A stretch of DNA of 64,000 nt, from NCBI GenBank assembly GCA_035651155.1, contig DASRGG010000027.1, forward strand, positions 36,182-100,181, in the 5' to 3' direction. The first letter of the stretch is position 1, and each line of letters starts with the position of its first letter. The notes beneath the pieces are model-generated. The model was not told where the DNA came from, did no database searches, and was given only the letters and a program-made list of their open reading frames with translations. The DNA comes from Candidatus Limnocylindria bacterium (GTDB taxonomy: Bacteria; Chloroflexota; Limnocylindria; P2-11E). Shown piece after piece: positions 1 through 9,448 of this stretch. The position numbers were made by a program, and so were the translations under genes.

Positions 1-1
1 C

Positions 2-499
2 GACCTCGTGATCGACGGCGCCGACAACTTCCCGACGCGCTACCTGCTGAACGACGCGTCGGTGAAGCACGACAAACCCGTGGTGCACGGGAGCATCTAC
101 CGCTTCGAGGGCCAGATCACGGTGTTCAAGCCGCACGCCGGCCCCTGCTACCGCTGCCTCTTCCCGACCCCGCCGCCACCCGAGCTCGCGCCGTCGTGCG
201 CGGAGGCGGGCGTGCTCGGCGTGCTCCCGGGCGTCATCGGGGCGCTGCAGGCGAACGAGGCGATCAAGCTGCTCCTCGGGATCGGTGAGCCGCTCGTCGG
301 ACGCTACCTGCTCTTCGACGCGCTCGAGACGGAATTCCGTGAGGTCAAGCTGCGGCGCGACCCGGAGTGCCCGGTGTGCGGCGACCACCCGACCATCACC
401 GAGTACATCGACTACGAAGGCTTCTGCGCCTCGCCATCGGAGTGGCAGGCGGAGCACGCGGCGAAGCAGGGCGCCACGGTGTCGACGGCGGCCGAGTAG
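2..499 (+). CDS. MoeB/ThiF-family E1-like adenylyltransferase, C-terminal part (5' end lies outside the window)
   Basis: The reading frame is open to the left edge. Translation ...GADNFPTRYLLNDASVKHDKPVVHGSIYRFEGQITVF... has paired Cys motifs CYRC and CPVC, as in the MoeB/ThiF zinc site. GC3 is high. Confidence 0.8.
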   Translation, partial: DLVIDGADNFPTRYLLNDASVKHDKPVVHGSIYRFEGQITVFKPHAGPCYRCLFPTPPPPELAPSCAEAGVLGVLPGVIGALQANEAIKLLLGIGEPLVGRYLLFDALETEFREVKLRRDPECPVCGDHPTITEYIDYEGFCASPSEWQAEHAAKQGATVSTAAE

Positions 500-537
500 C
501 CGGCTCCTCCGCTCACTCCACCCGTATCCTCATCGCC

Positions 538-1680
538 ATGCCGCGGATTGCCGCACTCCTCGTCGCGCTCTTCCTCATCTCATGCGGCGCCGGCGCGACT
601 ATCCCTTCGACATCGGCGGGCTCGGGCGCGACGGCGGCGAAGCCGGCGATCAACGAGCAGACGCGCGGCGCGATCCAGGCGCTGCTGCGGAAGCAGCACG
701 ACACGATGGCCTCACGCGATCAGACCGCCTTCACGGCCACGGTCGACCCGGACCGCCTCGCGCTGAAGCGCTGCGCCAACGAGTCGTACGACATCGCCGC
801 GCGCCAGGGCGTGGGCGCGGTGCCGCAGGTCGGCAAGATCGAGCCCTATCTCGACACGTACGTCCGCGCCTACGTCCAGGAGGGCGCGACCGGTCAGCGC
901 AGGCTCTTCTTCCGTCAGACCGCCGACGGCAAGTGGGTGCAGACCGAGCCGAAGGACGACGAGCTCGGCGGCGAGAAGAAGACCACCGCCGGAGACATCC
1001 AGATCGACTATTGGGGCATCGACCAGGACGTGATCGACGCGCTCGGCAAGGGCGCGCTCGAGGCGCAGAAGGTCGTGCTCGCGAACATGCTGTCGACGAA
1101 CCGGCGCGACCCGTTCGCGATCCGCTTCTACCCGACGCGCGGCGTGTCGGGGATACAGGGCTGCACCGTCGTCGGCTTCCACCTCACGAACGTCGCGAGC
1201 GACCCGTACGTGCGCTTCTTCCGGTACTGGTTCAACGCCGACGGCACCGTGTCCGCGCCGACCATCAGCTTCATGAGCCATGAATGGCTGCACTGGGCGC
1301 AGGACCAGTTCAGCCCCGGCATCACCGCCCGGCTCCCGTGGTGGCTGGTGGAAGGGTGGCCGGACTACGTGGGGCAGTCGCGCAGCGCGGACACCATCAA
1401 GTTCGTGGTGTGCCAGACGCAGACGCCCACGCTCAAGCAGCTGGAGGACGGCGCGGACCCGAACGGCCCGCCCGAGCTCTCGCCGCAGTACTACGCCTTC
1501 GCCAACTCCATGGTCGAGTACCTGTACGCCACGTACGGCGGCGCCGACGCGTACCGCAAGCTCGCGCTCGCGTTCAAGGACGACGCGCGCTCCGCGATCT
1601 CGTTCCCGAAGGCGCTGAACGTCACGCCCGAGCAGTTCTACGACGGCTGGAAGGCCGCGGCGAAGAAGAGGTACTGCTGA
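538..1680 (+). CDS. Secreted lipoprotein, gluzincin-like (Peptidase_MA_2-like) putative metallopeptidase
   Basis: The ATG at 538 gives MPRIAALLVALFLISCGAG, a signal peptide plus lipobox Cys. The motif HEWLH followed by LPWWLVEGWPDY matches the HExxH...EG pattern of MA-clan peptidases. Confidence 0.6.
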   Translation: MPRIAALLVALFLISCGAGATIPSTSAGSGATAAKPAINEQTRGAIQALLRKQHDTMASRDQTAFTATVDPDRLALKRCANESYDIAARQGVGAVPQVGKIEPYLDTYVRAYVQEGATGQRRLFFRQTADGKWVQTEPKDDELGGEKKTTAGDIQIDYWGIDQDVIDALGKGALEAQKVVLANMLSTNRRDPFAIRFYPTRGVSGIQGCTVVGFHLTNVASDPYVRFFRYWFNADGTVSAPTISFMSHEWLHWAQDQFSPGITARLPWWLVEGWPDYVGQSRSADTIKFVVCQTQTPTLKQLEDGADPNGPPELSPQYYAFANSMVEYLYATYGGADAYRKLALAFKDDARSAISFPKALNVTPEQFYDGWKAAAKKRYC

Positions 1681-2792
1681 CGGCGAAGCGGATCCTCCGC
1701 GCGGCGGCGGCCCTCGCGCTCCTCGTCGCCGCATGCGTCCCCACCACGACCACCGGCGGCTCGCAGACGCCCGGCGCGACCGCGGACATCCGGCGCGCCA
1801 AGCTCGACATCGCGTACAGCGCGTTCGTCGATCTCGACGTCCATCACGCGAGCAGCAGGGCCGCCCTCAGCGCGATGATCGACGCGCTCAAGAGCGAGGC
1901 GAAGGCGACCGGTGGCACGGATGACTTCCCCGCCCTCGACTTCCAGGACACCGACGAGCCCCAGCTCGCGGACTTCAAGAAGTTCGCGGACGCCGCGTCG
2001 GTCTGGGCCGCACGCAACCCGCAGCTCAGCCCCGATCGGATCGCCGACGTCGCGATCGCCGCGATGATCGGCGTCTCGCCCGACTGTCACACCGCGTACG
2101 TGAGCCGGACGCGCCAGGTGTTCCGCTCGCGGCCCGACACCTCCACCGGCGGCGCCGCGCGCGTCCCCGCGACCGGCACGCGGGTCTTCGGACCCGACGC
2201 GAACGGTCTGCAGGCGAAGATCCTGCCCGGCGGCATCGCCTACGTGACCTTCGGGCAGTGGACCATCAGCGGGACCTATCGCATCACCGACCAGCTCCGC
2301 CTCGCGCTCGACAAGGCCGTCGCCGCGGGCGCGAAGGCGTGGCTCTTCGATCTTCGCGGCAACCCCGGCGGCAACGGGGCCGACGCCGTCGCGAGCTGGT
2401 TCCTCGACGGCGAGCCGACGCTCAAGCAGACGGTGAAGACCGGGAACGCGGGGACGGCGTCGGCGAACAAGGATCTCCGGCTGCCGGCGGCCTACCAGCT
2501 GCCGATGGTCGTCGTGGTCAACGGGCGGAGCGCGTCGGCGACCGAGGTCTTCGCGCTGTCGCTCAAGGAGAACGGCCGCGCGACGATCGTGGGCGGCACG
2601 ACGGTCGGCTGTCTCGGCGCCGAGACGCCGACCGCCATGAGCGATGGATCCGAGCTCGACGTCGCGGTGCAGGAATACGTGGGGGCGCGGACGGGCGCGG
2701 CCTACAACAACAAGGGCATCCCTCCGGACGTGGCCGCCGACGACGCGAGCGCCGTCGACAGAGCGATCGAGATCCTGAGGTCGAAGATCTGA
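1677..2792 (+). CDS. S41-family peptidase lipoprotein (start uncertain)
   Basis: LFDLRGNPGGNG and VVVVNGRSASATEVFAL are S41 Ser-protease motifs. The N-terminus ..TAKRILRAAAALALLVAAC is lipoprotein-like. The only start adjacent to the signal peptide is CTG at 1677, which overlaps the upstream TGA. The canonical upstream starts would overlap the preceding gene by about 400 nt. Confidence 0.7.
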   Translation: MTAKRILRAAAALALLVAACVPTTTTGGSQTPGATADIRRAKLDIAYSAFVDLDVHHASSRAALSAMIDALKSEAKATGGTDDFPALDFQDTDEPQLADFKKFADAASVWAARNPQLSPDRIADVAIAAMIGVSPDCHTAYVSRTRQVFRSRPDTSTGGAARVPATGTRVFGPDANGLQAKILPGGIAYVTFGQWTISGTYRITDQLRLALDKAVAAGAKAWLFDLRGNPGGNGADAVASWFLDGEPTLKQTVKTGNAGTASANKDLRLPAAYQLPMVVVVNGRSASATEVFALSLKENGRATIVGGTTVGCLGAETPTAMSDGSELDVAVQEYVGARTGAAYNNKGIPPDVAADDASAVDRAIEILRSKI

Positions 2793-2962
2793 TCGCGCCG
2801 CGTCACATCTCTCGCGGCCGCGGGTGCGCCGCGCGTTCCAGGCGACGGCATGCCCGCTCGCCGCTACGCGCCCCACTCGTACTAGGACCCTCGTCGCGTG
2901 CGTACGGTCCCCGCACGATCTGTGACGACATGTGACGGTTTTGGTACCTCGGTAGGGTTGGC

Positions 2963-3616
2963 GTGACGCGAATGCCCCGATATGGTCCGTCTCACCACGA
3001 GCGCGGGATAGGGAGCAGCCACGTCGTGACAGTGATCAACTTCGGCAACGCCAAAGTCGACGCGATCGCACTGGACCAGATCCCCGTGCCGGACGTCATC
3101 GAGCGTGCCCGCCTCGGGGACCGCGGCGCCTTTGCCGAGCTGTACGACACCCACTGCGACGCCGTGTACCGATACGTCCTGTACCGGGTGCGCGAGCCTT
3201 CGGACGCCGAGGACCTCACGAGCGAGGTCTTCACGCGGGCGTTCGCGAACATCCACCGCTACCGCTGGCAGGGCAAGTCGTTCCTCGCGTGGCTGTACAC
3301 GATCGCCCGCAACGCGGTGACCGACCGTCGCCGTCGCGAGCGTCCGACCGTCGATCTCGACAACGCGTACGGCATCGCCGAAGACGGACCGACGGCGCAC
3401 GATCGCGCGGTCCGTGGCGAGCAGGTCGACGCCCTGCGCGGCGCGGTGAAGCACCTCACGACCGAGCAGCAGGAGGTCCTCCTGCTCCGTTTCGTCGAGA
3501 ACATGTCGAGCCGCCAGGTCGCGAAGGTGCTCGGCAAGAACGAGGGCGCGATCCGCGCGCTCCAGTTCCGCGCGCTGGGTCGCCTGCGCAAGCTGCTCAC
3601 CACCGAGGTCGCCTAG
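2963..3616 (+). CDS. ECF-type RNA polymerase sigma-70 family factor
   Basis: Region 2 reads AFAELYDTHCDAVYRYVLYRV...DLTSEVF. Region 4 reads LTTEQQEVLLLRFVENMSSRQVAKVLGKNEGAIRALQFRALGRLRKLL. The true start may be an internal GTG near 3025. Confidence 0.85.
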   Translation: MTRMPRYGPSHHERGIGSSHVVTVINFGNAKVDAIALDQIPVPDVIERARLGDRGAFAELYDTHCDAVYRYVLYRVREPSDAEDLTSEVFTRAFANIHRYRWQGKSFLAWLYTIARNAVTDRRRRERPTVDLDNAYGIAEDGPTAHDRAVRGEQVDALRGAVKHLTTEQQEVLLLRFVENMSSRQVAKVLGKNEGAIRALQFRALGRLRKLLTTEVA

Positions 3617-3655
3617 CACGGACCTTCGCGTCTTGCGGCCCGTAGACTGCGCAGC

Positions 3656-4981
3656 GTGTTGTCGATGCGGCGGCTGCCCCTCGTTTTCGCGTTCGCGGCG
3701 GTCGCGGTCGCCTGCTCGATCCTTCCGCCGGAGCTGCAGCACGAGCTGCTGCCCGCGCAGACGCGATACAACACGGCGCAAGAGGCCTTCCAGATCCTCA
3801 TCGACAAGCACGTCGACAAGCCCACCTCCACGACGCTCATCCCCGGCGCGCTCGACGGCGTCACGAACTACCTGAAGACCGCGAACATCGACGCGAACCC
3901 GGTCGTCGACCGGCCGGCACTCACCGGCAGCGAGTGGTCGGACTTCGCGAAGCTCTCCGCGTCGCTGGACGCCGTCCTCGCGCGCTATCCGGCGGCCAAG
4001 AAGGATCTGCTCGAGCGCGCGGCCGTGGACGGTATGGCGCGCTCGATGAACGAATGCCACACCTACTACCTGGACCCGGACCGGGCGCGGACCTTCAACC
4101 GTCCGCCCGCACCGGTGTCCGGCATCGGGGTGACGATCAATCAGCCCGACCCGAACTCGCCCATCGAGGTCATCGACGTCATCGCCGGCACGCCCGCGGA
4201 GAAGGCCGGCGTGCGCAAGGGCGACAAGATCATGAAGGTGAACGGCGAGGACGTCTCGAGGCTGACCACCTCAGAGGTGGCCGATCGCGTGCGCGGACCG
4301 GCGGGCACGTCGGTGACGATCGCGTTCGACCGTAACGGCAGCCCGGTGGAGCTCACCATCACGCGCGCGCAGTTCACCACGCCGCTCACCGAATCGGGCA
4401 TGAAGGGTGACGACATCGCGTACGTTCGGATCAAGCAGCTCATCTCGACCGTCGCGGACGACACGGCGAGCGCGCTCCGCACGATGTCCTCCGCGCGCGG
4501 CGTCATCCTCGACCTGCGCGACGACCCGGGTGGCGAGCTCACCGTGGCGGTGGACGTTGGCAGCCTCTTCGTGAAGAACGGTCCGCTCGTGTACCAGACC
4601 GGCCGCAGCGGGCAGAAGACGCCGATCGACGTGAACCCGCGGCGCTACCTCGGCGAGAAGGCGCCGCTCGTCGTGCTCGTCAACAAGAACAGCGCGTCCG
4701 GTGCCGAGATCATCGCGGCGGGCGTGCGTTCGAGCGGCGCCGGCATCGTGATGGGCACGCGGACGGCGGGCTGCGTGGGCAGCGGGCAGCCACACGACCT
4801 CCCGGATGGTGGCCTGATCCTCGTGACGCTCACGAAGATGCAGGACGCGAAGACCGGCGAGGACCTGAACGGGCCCGGCAAGGGCGTCCTACCGGACAAG
4901 ATCGTCGAGGACGACACCAAGACGCCGCAGGTGGACGAGGCCCTCCAGGCCGCGATCGACTACCTGCACGCGCACAGCTAG
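3656..4981 (+). CDS. C-terminal processing (S41) peptidase with PDZ domain, lipoprotein
   Basis: The N-terminus LPLVFAFAAVAVAC is a signal/lipobox. The PDZ-like stretch is GIGVTINQPDPNSPIEVIDVIAGTPAEKAGVRKGDKIMKVNGEDV. The S41 core is ILDLRDDPGGEL and LVVLVNKNSASGAEII. Confidence 0.85.
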   Translation: MLSMRRLPLVFAFAAVAVACSILPPELQHELLPAQTRYNTAQEAFQILIDKHVDKPTSTTLIPGALDGVTNYLKTANIDANPVVDRPALTGSEWSDFAKLSASLDAVLARYPAAKKDLLERAAVDGMARSMNECHTYYLDPDRARTFNRPPAPVSGIGVTINQPDPNSPIEVIDVIAGTPAEKAGVRKGDKIMKVNGEDVSRLTTSEVADRVRGPAGTSVTIAFDRNGSPVELTITRAQFTTPLTESGMKGDDIAYVRIKQLISTVADDTASALRTMSSARGVILDLRDDPGGELTVAVDVGSLFVKNGPLVYQTGRSGQKTPIDVNPRRYLGEKAPLVVLVNKNSASGAEIIAAGVRSSGAGIVMGTRTAGCVGSGQPHDLPDGGLILVTLTKMQDAKTGEDLNGPGKGVLPDKIVEDDTKTPQVDEALQAAIDYLHAHS

Positions 4982-4998
4982 GCCACGTTCTTCGGCTT

Positions 4999-5014
4999 CG
5001 GGCGGGTACGCCCG
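4999..5014. terminator. Short GC hairpin between convergent genes
   Basis: cgggcg-ggta-cgcccg forms a 6-bp stem with a 4-nt loop. It lies in the 38-nt gap between the stop at 4981 (+) and the stop at 5020 (-). There is no U-tract. Confidence 0.3.
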
Positions 5015-5019
5015 TCGCC

Positions 5020-5814
5020 CTAGCTCTGGACTCCCAGTGCGATGAGCCCGGCGACGAGGATCGCGACGCCGGCGTACTGATTGGGCGCGAGCCGCTCGCG
5101 GAGCACGAGCATCGCGAGGACCGCGGGGATGATCGGATACGCGCCGCTCCCGGTGAGCACGAAGGACGCGTACCCCGACGCGATGCCGAGGCCGAGGAGC
5201 ACGTTGGCGCCGGTGTCGAAGGCGCCCACGGTCGCGACGAGCGCGAGCGTCGACGGCGACGCGAGCGGCGCGAGCGTCACGCGGCGCGCGACCACGAACA
5301 CCGCGAGGAGCGCGATGCCGCACAGGCGGAGCACGACGACGAGCGCGAGCGCGTCGGTCGCGCGCGCACCCATCGAGAAGACCAGGCTCCAGAGCGCGAA
5401 GCCGATCGTCGCGACGACGCCGATGCGGACGCCCTCGACCGGCCGGCCGAGCGTGCGGCGCAGCTCGCGCACGTCGGTCGACGCGATCACCACACCGGCG
5501 AACGTCGCCGCGATCGCGATGGTCTGGCCCGCGGTGAGGCGCTCGCCGAGGAACACGACGACGAGCAGGATCGCGAGCGCGGCGTAGCTCGCGACGACGG
5601 GGCTGACCACCGCGATCGGACCCACCGCGAACGCGCGGTACAGCAGACCGAGCGACACGGTGCCGAGGATCGCGAGCACGAGCGCGTACGGGACCTGCTC
5701 CCAGGCGAGCACCGGCCAGCGTCCGAGGACGACGAGCGCCGCCGCGTAGAGCGCGAGGCCGATCGTCTGCATGCCGATGGACGTGCGGACGACGCCGGTG
5801 CGGCGCGTGGTCAT
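5020..5814 (-). CDS. EamA/DMT-family transporter (N-terminus probably extends to about 5886)
   Basis: The protein is multi-TM with duplicated EamA-like halves. The 24 in-frame codons upstream of the ATG encode VVIEALLFGVGAAVAYGFGDYAAA, a typical EamA TM1, but contain no ATG/GTG/TTG (CTG at 5871..5869). Confidence 0.75.
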   Translation of the reverse strand: MTTRRTGVVRTSIGMQTIGLALYAAALVVLGRWPVLAWEQVPYALVLAILGTVSLGLLYRAFAVGPIAVVSPVVASYAALAILLVVVFLGERLTAGQTIAIAATFAGVVIASTDVRELRRTLGRPVEGVRIGVVATIGFALWSLVFSMGARATDALALVVVLRLCGIALLAVFVVARRVTLAPLASPSTLALVATVGAFDTGANVLLGLGIASGYASFVLTGSGAYPIIPAVLAMLVLRERLAPNQYAGVAILVAGLIALGVQS

Positions 5815-5914
5815 CGCCGCCGCGTAGTCACCGAAGCCGTACGCGACGGCCGCGCCGACGCCGAAGAGCAGCGCTTCGATGACTACCGCAGGGGCTGGGC
5901 CCCCGCCACCTCTC

Positions 5915-7096
5915 TCAGACGATGAGCTCGCGTGGCGCGCGCGTCAGGTTGCGCGATCCGCGCTCGGTGATGACGAGCATGTCCTCGAGCCGCACGCCGC
6001 CGATCTCCGGGTCGTACACGCCCGGCTCGACCGTGACGACGTCGCCCGCCGCGAGCGGCTTCGTCCCGCCGCGGCCCACGCTCGGGGCCTCGTGGATCTC
6101 GAGGCCCACGCCGTGGCCGGTGCCGTGGATGAAGCCACGCGGCGGCGCGCCGTCCTTCGGTGTGGAGCGCTGCTGGCCCGGACGGAGCGTGTCGTATCCG
6201 GCGGCCCAGATGATGTCCTCGACGAGCTCGTGGACCTCACGGCCGGTGACGCCGGGCCGCAGGGCCCTGATGCCCTCGTCCTGCGCGCGCCTGGTGACCT
6301 CGTACATCTTCAGGATCTCGTCGGCGGGCGCGCCCTTCGAGACCGTGCGCGTCATGTCCGCGTAATACCGCGTGGTCTTGTGCTGCGGGAAGATGTCCAT
6401 GACGATCGGCTCGTTCGCGTGGAGCGGGCCCGTCCCGATCATGTGCGGATCGGCCGCCTGCGGCCCCGGCGCGACGATCGCGCCCTCCGAGACGCAGCCG
6501 AGCTCGAGCAGGCGGCCCTCGACGATCGCGCGCAGCCGCTCCGCGGTGAACACCTCGCCGTCGAGCTCGAGCGTCCTGTCCTTCCGCACGCTCGCGCGGC
6601 GGATCGCGTCGACGCCCAGGGCCCACGCGTCCTCGGTCGCGCGCTGCGTCTGCTCGAGCGCGTCGACCTCGTCCGGCCGCTTCGCGCGCCTGCGCTCGGC
6701 GAGGTCGTTCGCGACGACGAGCTCGATGCCCAGCGCGCCCAGACGCTCGGCCATGCCGAGCGGGAAGTACGGCGCGACCGCGACGCGCTTCGTGCCGCGG
6801 GACTCGAGGAAGCGCGCGATGACGTTGGCGTCGAGCTCCTCGCGCCCGATGCCCTTTCCGGAGAGCTCCTTCGCGCCGAACGCGTCGATGTTGAAGACGC
6901 TCGTCGCGCGCGACTGCTTGCGAACGCGCCCCTCCTCCAGCGAGCTCGCGACGATGACGATCTCGCTCCCGTCCTCGAGCGCGATGATCGGATCGGGCGA
7001 GAGGAAGCGCGTGAGGTGATAGACGTCGGGGAACTTGTACCCGTCGGCGTAGAAGAGGAGGGGAAGGCGGCCGGTAGGGCTCTCGCGTCCTGCCAT
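5915..7096 (-). CDS. M24B-family Xaa-Pro aminopeptidase/dipeptidase
   Basis: The C-terminal pita-bread motifs are FIHGTGHGVGLEIHEAPSV and VVTVEPGVY...GGVRLEDMLVIT. Confidence 0.85.
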   Translation of the reverse strand: MAGRESPTGRLPLLFYADGYKFPDVYHLTRFLSPDPIIALEDGSEIVIVASSLEEGRVRKQSRATSVFNIDAFGAKELSGKGIGREELDANVIARFLESRGTKRVAVAPYFPLGMAERLGALGIELVVANDLAERRRAKRPDEVDALEQTQRATEDAWALGVDAIRRASVRKDRTLELDGEVFTAERLRAIVEGRLLELGCVSEGAIVAPGPQAADPHMIGTGPLHANEPIVMDIFPQHKTTRYYADMTRTVSKGAPADEILKMYEVTRRAQDEGIRALRPGVTGREVHELVEDIIWAAGYDTLRPGQQRSTPKDGAPPRGFIHGTGHGVGLEIHEAPSVGRGGTKPLAAGDVVTVEPGVYDPEIGGVRLEDMLVITERGSRNLTRAPRELIV

Positions 7097-7158
7097 CCAG
7101 CCAAATTTAGGCTGATCGCCCGGTCATCGCACGGTGCCGCGGCGTGGTACCGGGCGCG

Positions 7159-9123
7159 CTACCAGATCGCCGGCCGCAGCTCCGGAGCGCGCGCCATCGC
7201 GCCGCCGTCGCATCCGAACGCGGCGAAGAACTCGGGGAGGTTCGCGAGCGGCGCGACCACGCGATAGCGCGGCGGCGAGTGCGGGTCGACGCTGAGGCGC
7301 ACCCGCAGCAGCTCGTCGCGCATGAGGTTGCGCCACGCCTGCGCGTATCCGAGGAAGAAGCGCTGCCGCGCGGTGAAGCCGTCGATCGGCGCGGGCTCGC
7401 CGTGCGCCGCCAGGTATCGCTCGAACGCCGCGTACGCGACCTTCAGGCCGCCGAGGTCCGCGATGTTCTCGCCGAGGCACAGCTTGCCGTTGATGCGCAT
7501 GCCGGGGAGCGGCTCGTACTCCTCGTACTGCCGGACGACGAGCTCGGTGCGCGCGTCGTAGGCCTCACGGTCCGCGGGCTGCCACCAGTCGCGCAGGTTG
7601 CCGGAGGCGTCGAACTGGCTTCCCGAGTCGTCGAAGCCGTGCGTCATCTCGTGCCCGATCACCATGCCGATGGCGCCGTAGTTCACCGCGGCATCGCCCT
7701 CGGCGAAGAAGAACGGCGGCTGCAGGATGCCCGCGGGGAAGACGATCTCGTTGCGCGGCGGGTTGTAGTACGCGTTCACGGTCGGCGGGCTCATGAGCCA
7801 CTCGCCGCGGTCGACGGGCTTCCCGAGCTTCGCGATGTCGTACGCGAAGGTGAATCGGATCGCGCGCATGACGTTGTCGACGTACGGGCCACGGTCGATC
7901 CGCAGCGCGCCGAAGTCGCGCCACGCGTCCGGATACCCCATCTTCACGCCGAACGCGTCGAGCTTCACGCGCGCCGCGCGGCGCGTCTCCTCGCTCATCC
8001 ACTCGAGCGTCGCGATGCGCTCGGCGAGCACCGCGCGCAGATCGGCGACGAGATCGAGGATCCGCTGCTTCGCCTGCGGCGGGAACGCGCGATCGACGTA
8101 GAGACGACCGAGGGGATGCGGAAGCTGCGCGTCGACCACGCCGAGCACGCGCTTCCAGCGCGGCTTCTCCTCGGGCTGGCCGACGAGCGCCGTGCCGAAG
8201 AAGTCGAAGGAGGCGCGCTCGAACGCGCGCGGCAGGTACGGCGCGAGGGAGCGCACGAGGTGCCAGCGGAGGTACGTGCGCCACGTCTCGAGCGGACGTC
8301 CACGGATGAGCCCGTCGAGCGCGGTGAGGAAGGCGGGCTGCCGCACGTTGAACTCGTGGGCGTCCGCTGCGTCGATCTCGGCGAGGAACGCGCCCCAATC
8401 GAACGCCGGCGTCCGCGCGTCGAGCTGGGCGCGCGTGAACGGGTTGTTCACCTTGTAGGGGTCGCGCTGCTCGGCGCGCGGCATCGAGGCTTCCGCGAGC
8501 GCGTGCTCGAGGCCGTAGATCGTCGCGGCGTCGGCGCTCGCGCGCTCGGGCGTCGCGCCCAGAAGGCCGAGCATCGTCGCGACGTGGGCGCGATAGCGCT
8601 CCTGGAGCTCGACCGACTTCGCGTCGGTGCGGAGGTAGCTGTCGCGATCGGGGAGACCGAGACCGCCCTGCCCGATGTGGATGAGATGGCGTTCGCTGTC
8701 GAACGCGTCGGGCTGGACGGCCATGCTGAAGGGCGCGCCCACGCGCAGCGTTTGGAGCATCCCGACGACGCGCGGGAGCTCGGCGACCGTCGTCAGGGCG
8801 TCGATGCGCGCGAGGAGGGGCGCGACGCCGGCCAGTCCCGCGGAGGCGATCGCCGCTTCGTCCATGCCGCTCGCGTAGAGGTCGCCGACCATGCGCACGT
8901 TCGGATCGCTCGACTCGCCGCGCGCGGCCTCTTCGAGGATCTCGTGCAGCGTGTTCTGGTTCCGCTCGTTCAGCTCGGCGAAGCCGCCCCACGCGGGCTG
9001 ATCGTCGGGGATCTTCGTCTTCGCCAGCCAGCCGCCGTTCGCGTACGTGTAGAAGTCGTCGCACGGACGGACGCTCGCATCCATGAACTCGCGCTGGATC
9101 GTTCGCTCGGTGACGCTGTCCAC
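7159..9123 (-). CDS. pepO: M13-family zinc endopeptidase (neprilysin/PepO-like), cytoplasmic form
   Basis: VIGHEMTHGFD (HExxH), GENIADLGG, and a C-terminal ...PEFFAAFGC...W. The N-terminus FMDASVRPCDDFYTYANGGWL is typical of M13. I chose the GTG at 9123, which is preceded by GGGGAGGG. The longer track ORF runs through non-coding-looking Arg-rich sequence. Confidence 0.85.
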   Translation of the reverse strand: MDSVTERTIQREFMDASVRPCDDFYTYANGGWLAKTKIPDDQPAWGGFAELNERNQNTLHEILEEAARGESSDPNVRMVGDLYASGMDEAAIASAGLAGVAPLLARIDALTTVAELPRVVGMLQTLRVGAPFSMAVQPDAFDSERHLIHIGQGGLGLPDRDSYLRTDAKSVELQERYRAHVATMLGLLGATPERASADAATIYGLEHALAEASMPRAEQRDPYKVNNPFTRAQLDARTPAFDWGAFLAEIDAADAHEFNVRQPAFLTALDGLIRGRPLETWRTYLRWHLVRSLAPYLPRAFERASFDFFGTALVGQPEEKPRWKRVLGVVDAQLPHPLGRLYVDRAFPPQAKQRILDLVADLRAVLAERIATLEWMSEETRRAARVKLDAFGVKMGYPDAWRDFGALRIDRGPYVDNVMRAIRFTFAYDIAKLGKPVDRGEWLMSPPTVNAYYNPPRNEIVFPAGILQPPFFFAEGDAAVNYGAIGMVIGHEMTHGFDDSGSQFDASGNLRDWWQPADREAYDARTELVVRQYEEYEPLPGMRINGKLCLGENIADLGGLKVAYAAFERYLAAHGEPAPIDGFTARQRFFLGYAQAWRNLMRDELLRVRLSVDPHSPPRYRVVAPLANLPEFFAAFGCDGGAMARAPELRPAIW

Positions 9124-9148
9124 TTCGCCCTCCCCTGCTGGCGCTGGA

Positions 9149-9413
9149 TTATCGCCCCCTCCTCCTGGCGGACGGTGGCCATCGCGCGTAGCGCGCTCGC
9201 CGGGCGGATCGTGACCAACGTGACTCCGCGCGTCGACCGAACGTCGACCTCGGCCGGCTCGGTCTCCCCGATCGGCGAGGTGGGCGTGAAGCGGAGCGTC
9301 GCGGCCCGCGCGCCCGCGAGGAGGACCGCGCCGCCGAGCATGAGCAGGTCGCCCAGAAGACGCTCGCCGGTGAAGGTGAAACCGGCGGCCGCCGCGATGA
9401 CGATCGTCGGCAC
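9149..9413 (-). CDS. Small membrane protein, apparently frameshifted at a C5/G5 run
   Basis: A high-GC3 frame starting at GTG 9413 encodes VPTIVIAAAAGFTFTGERLLGDLLMLGGAVLLAGA...ATVRQEEG. It has no stop until 8970. The TAA at 9151..9149 becomes in-frame if the 9155-9159 homopolymer is one base shorter. Confidence 0.3.
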
Positions 9414-9448
9414 GATTCCATCGGAGCGCGACGACGAGCGGGCGCGGC

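Noticed and set aside
7097-7158. An AT-richer patch (ccaaatttaggctg) and a weak TGGTA...TACCA stem between the M24B start and the M13 stop, considered as a promoter or terminator.
   Set aside because: The stem is only 5 bp with a 10-nt loop, and the -10-like TAAATT has no supporting -35. The evidence is insufficient for a feature call.
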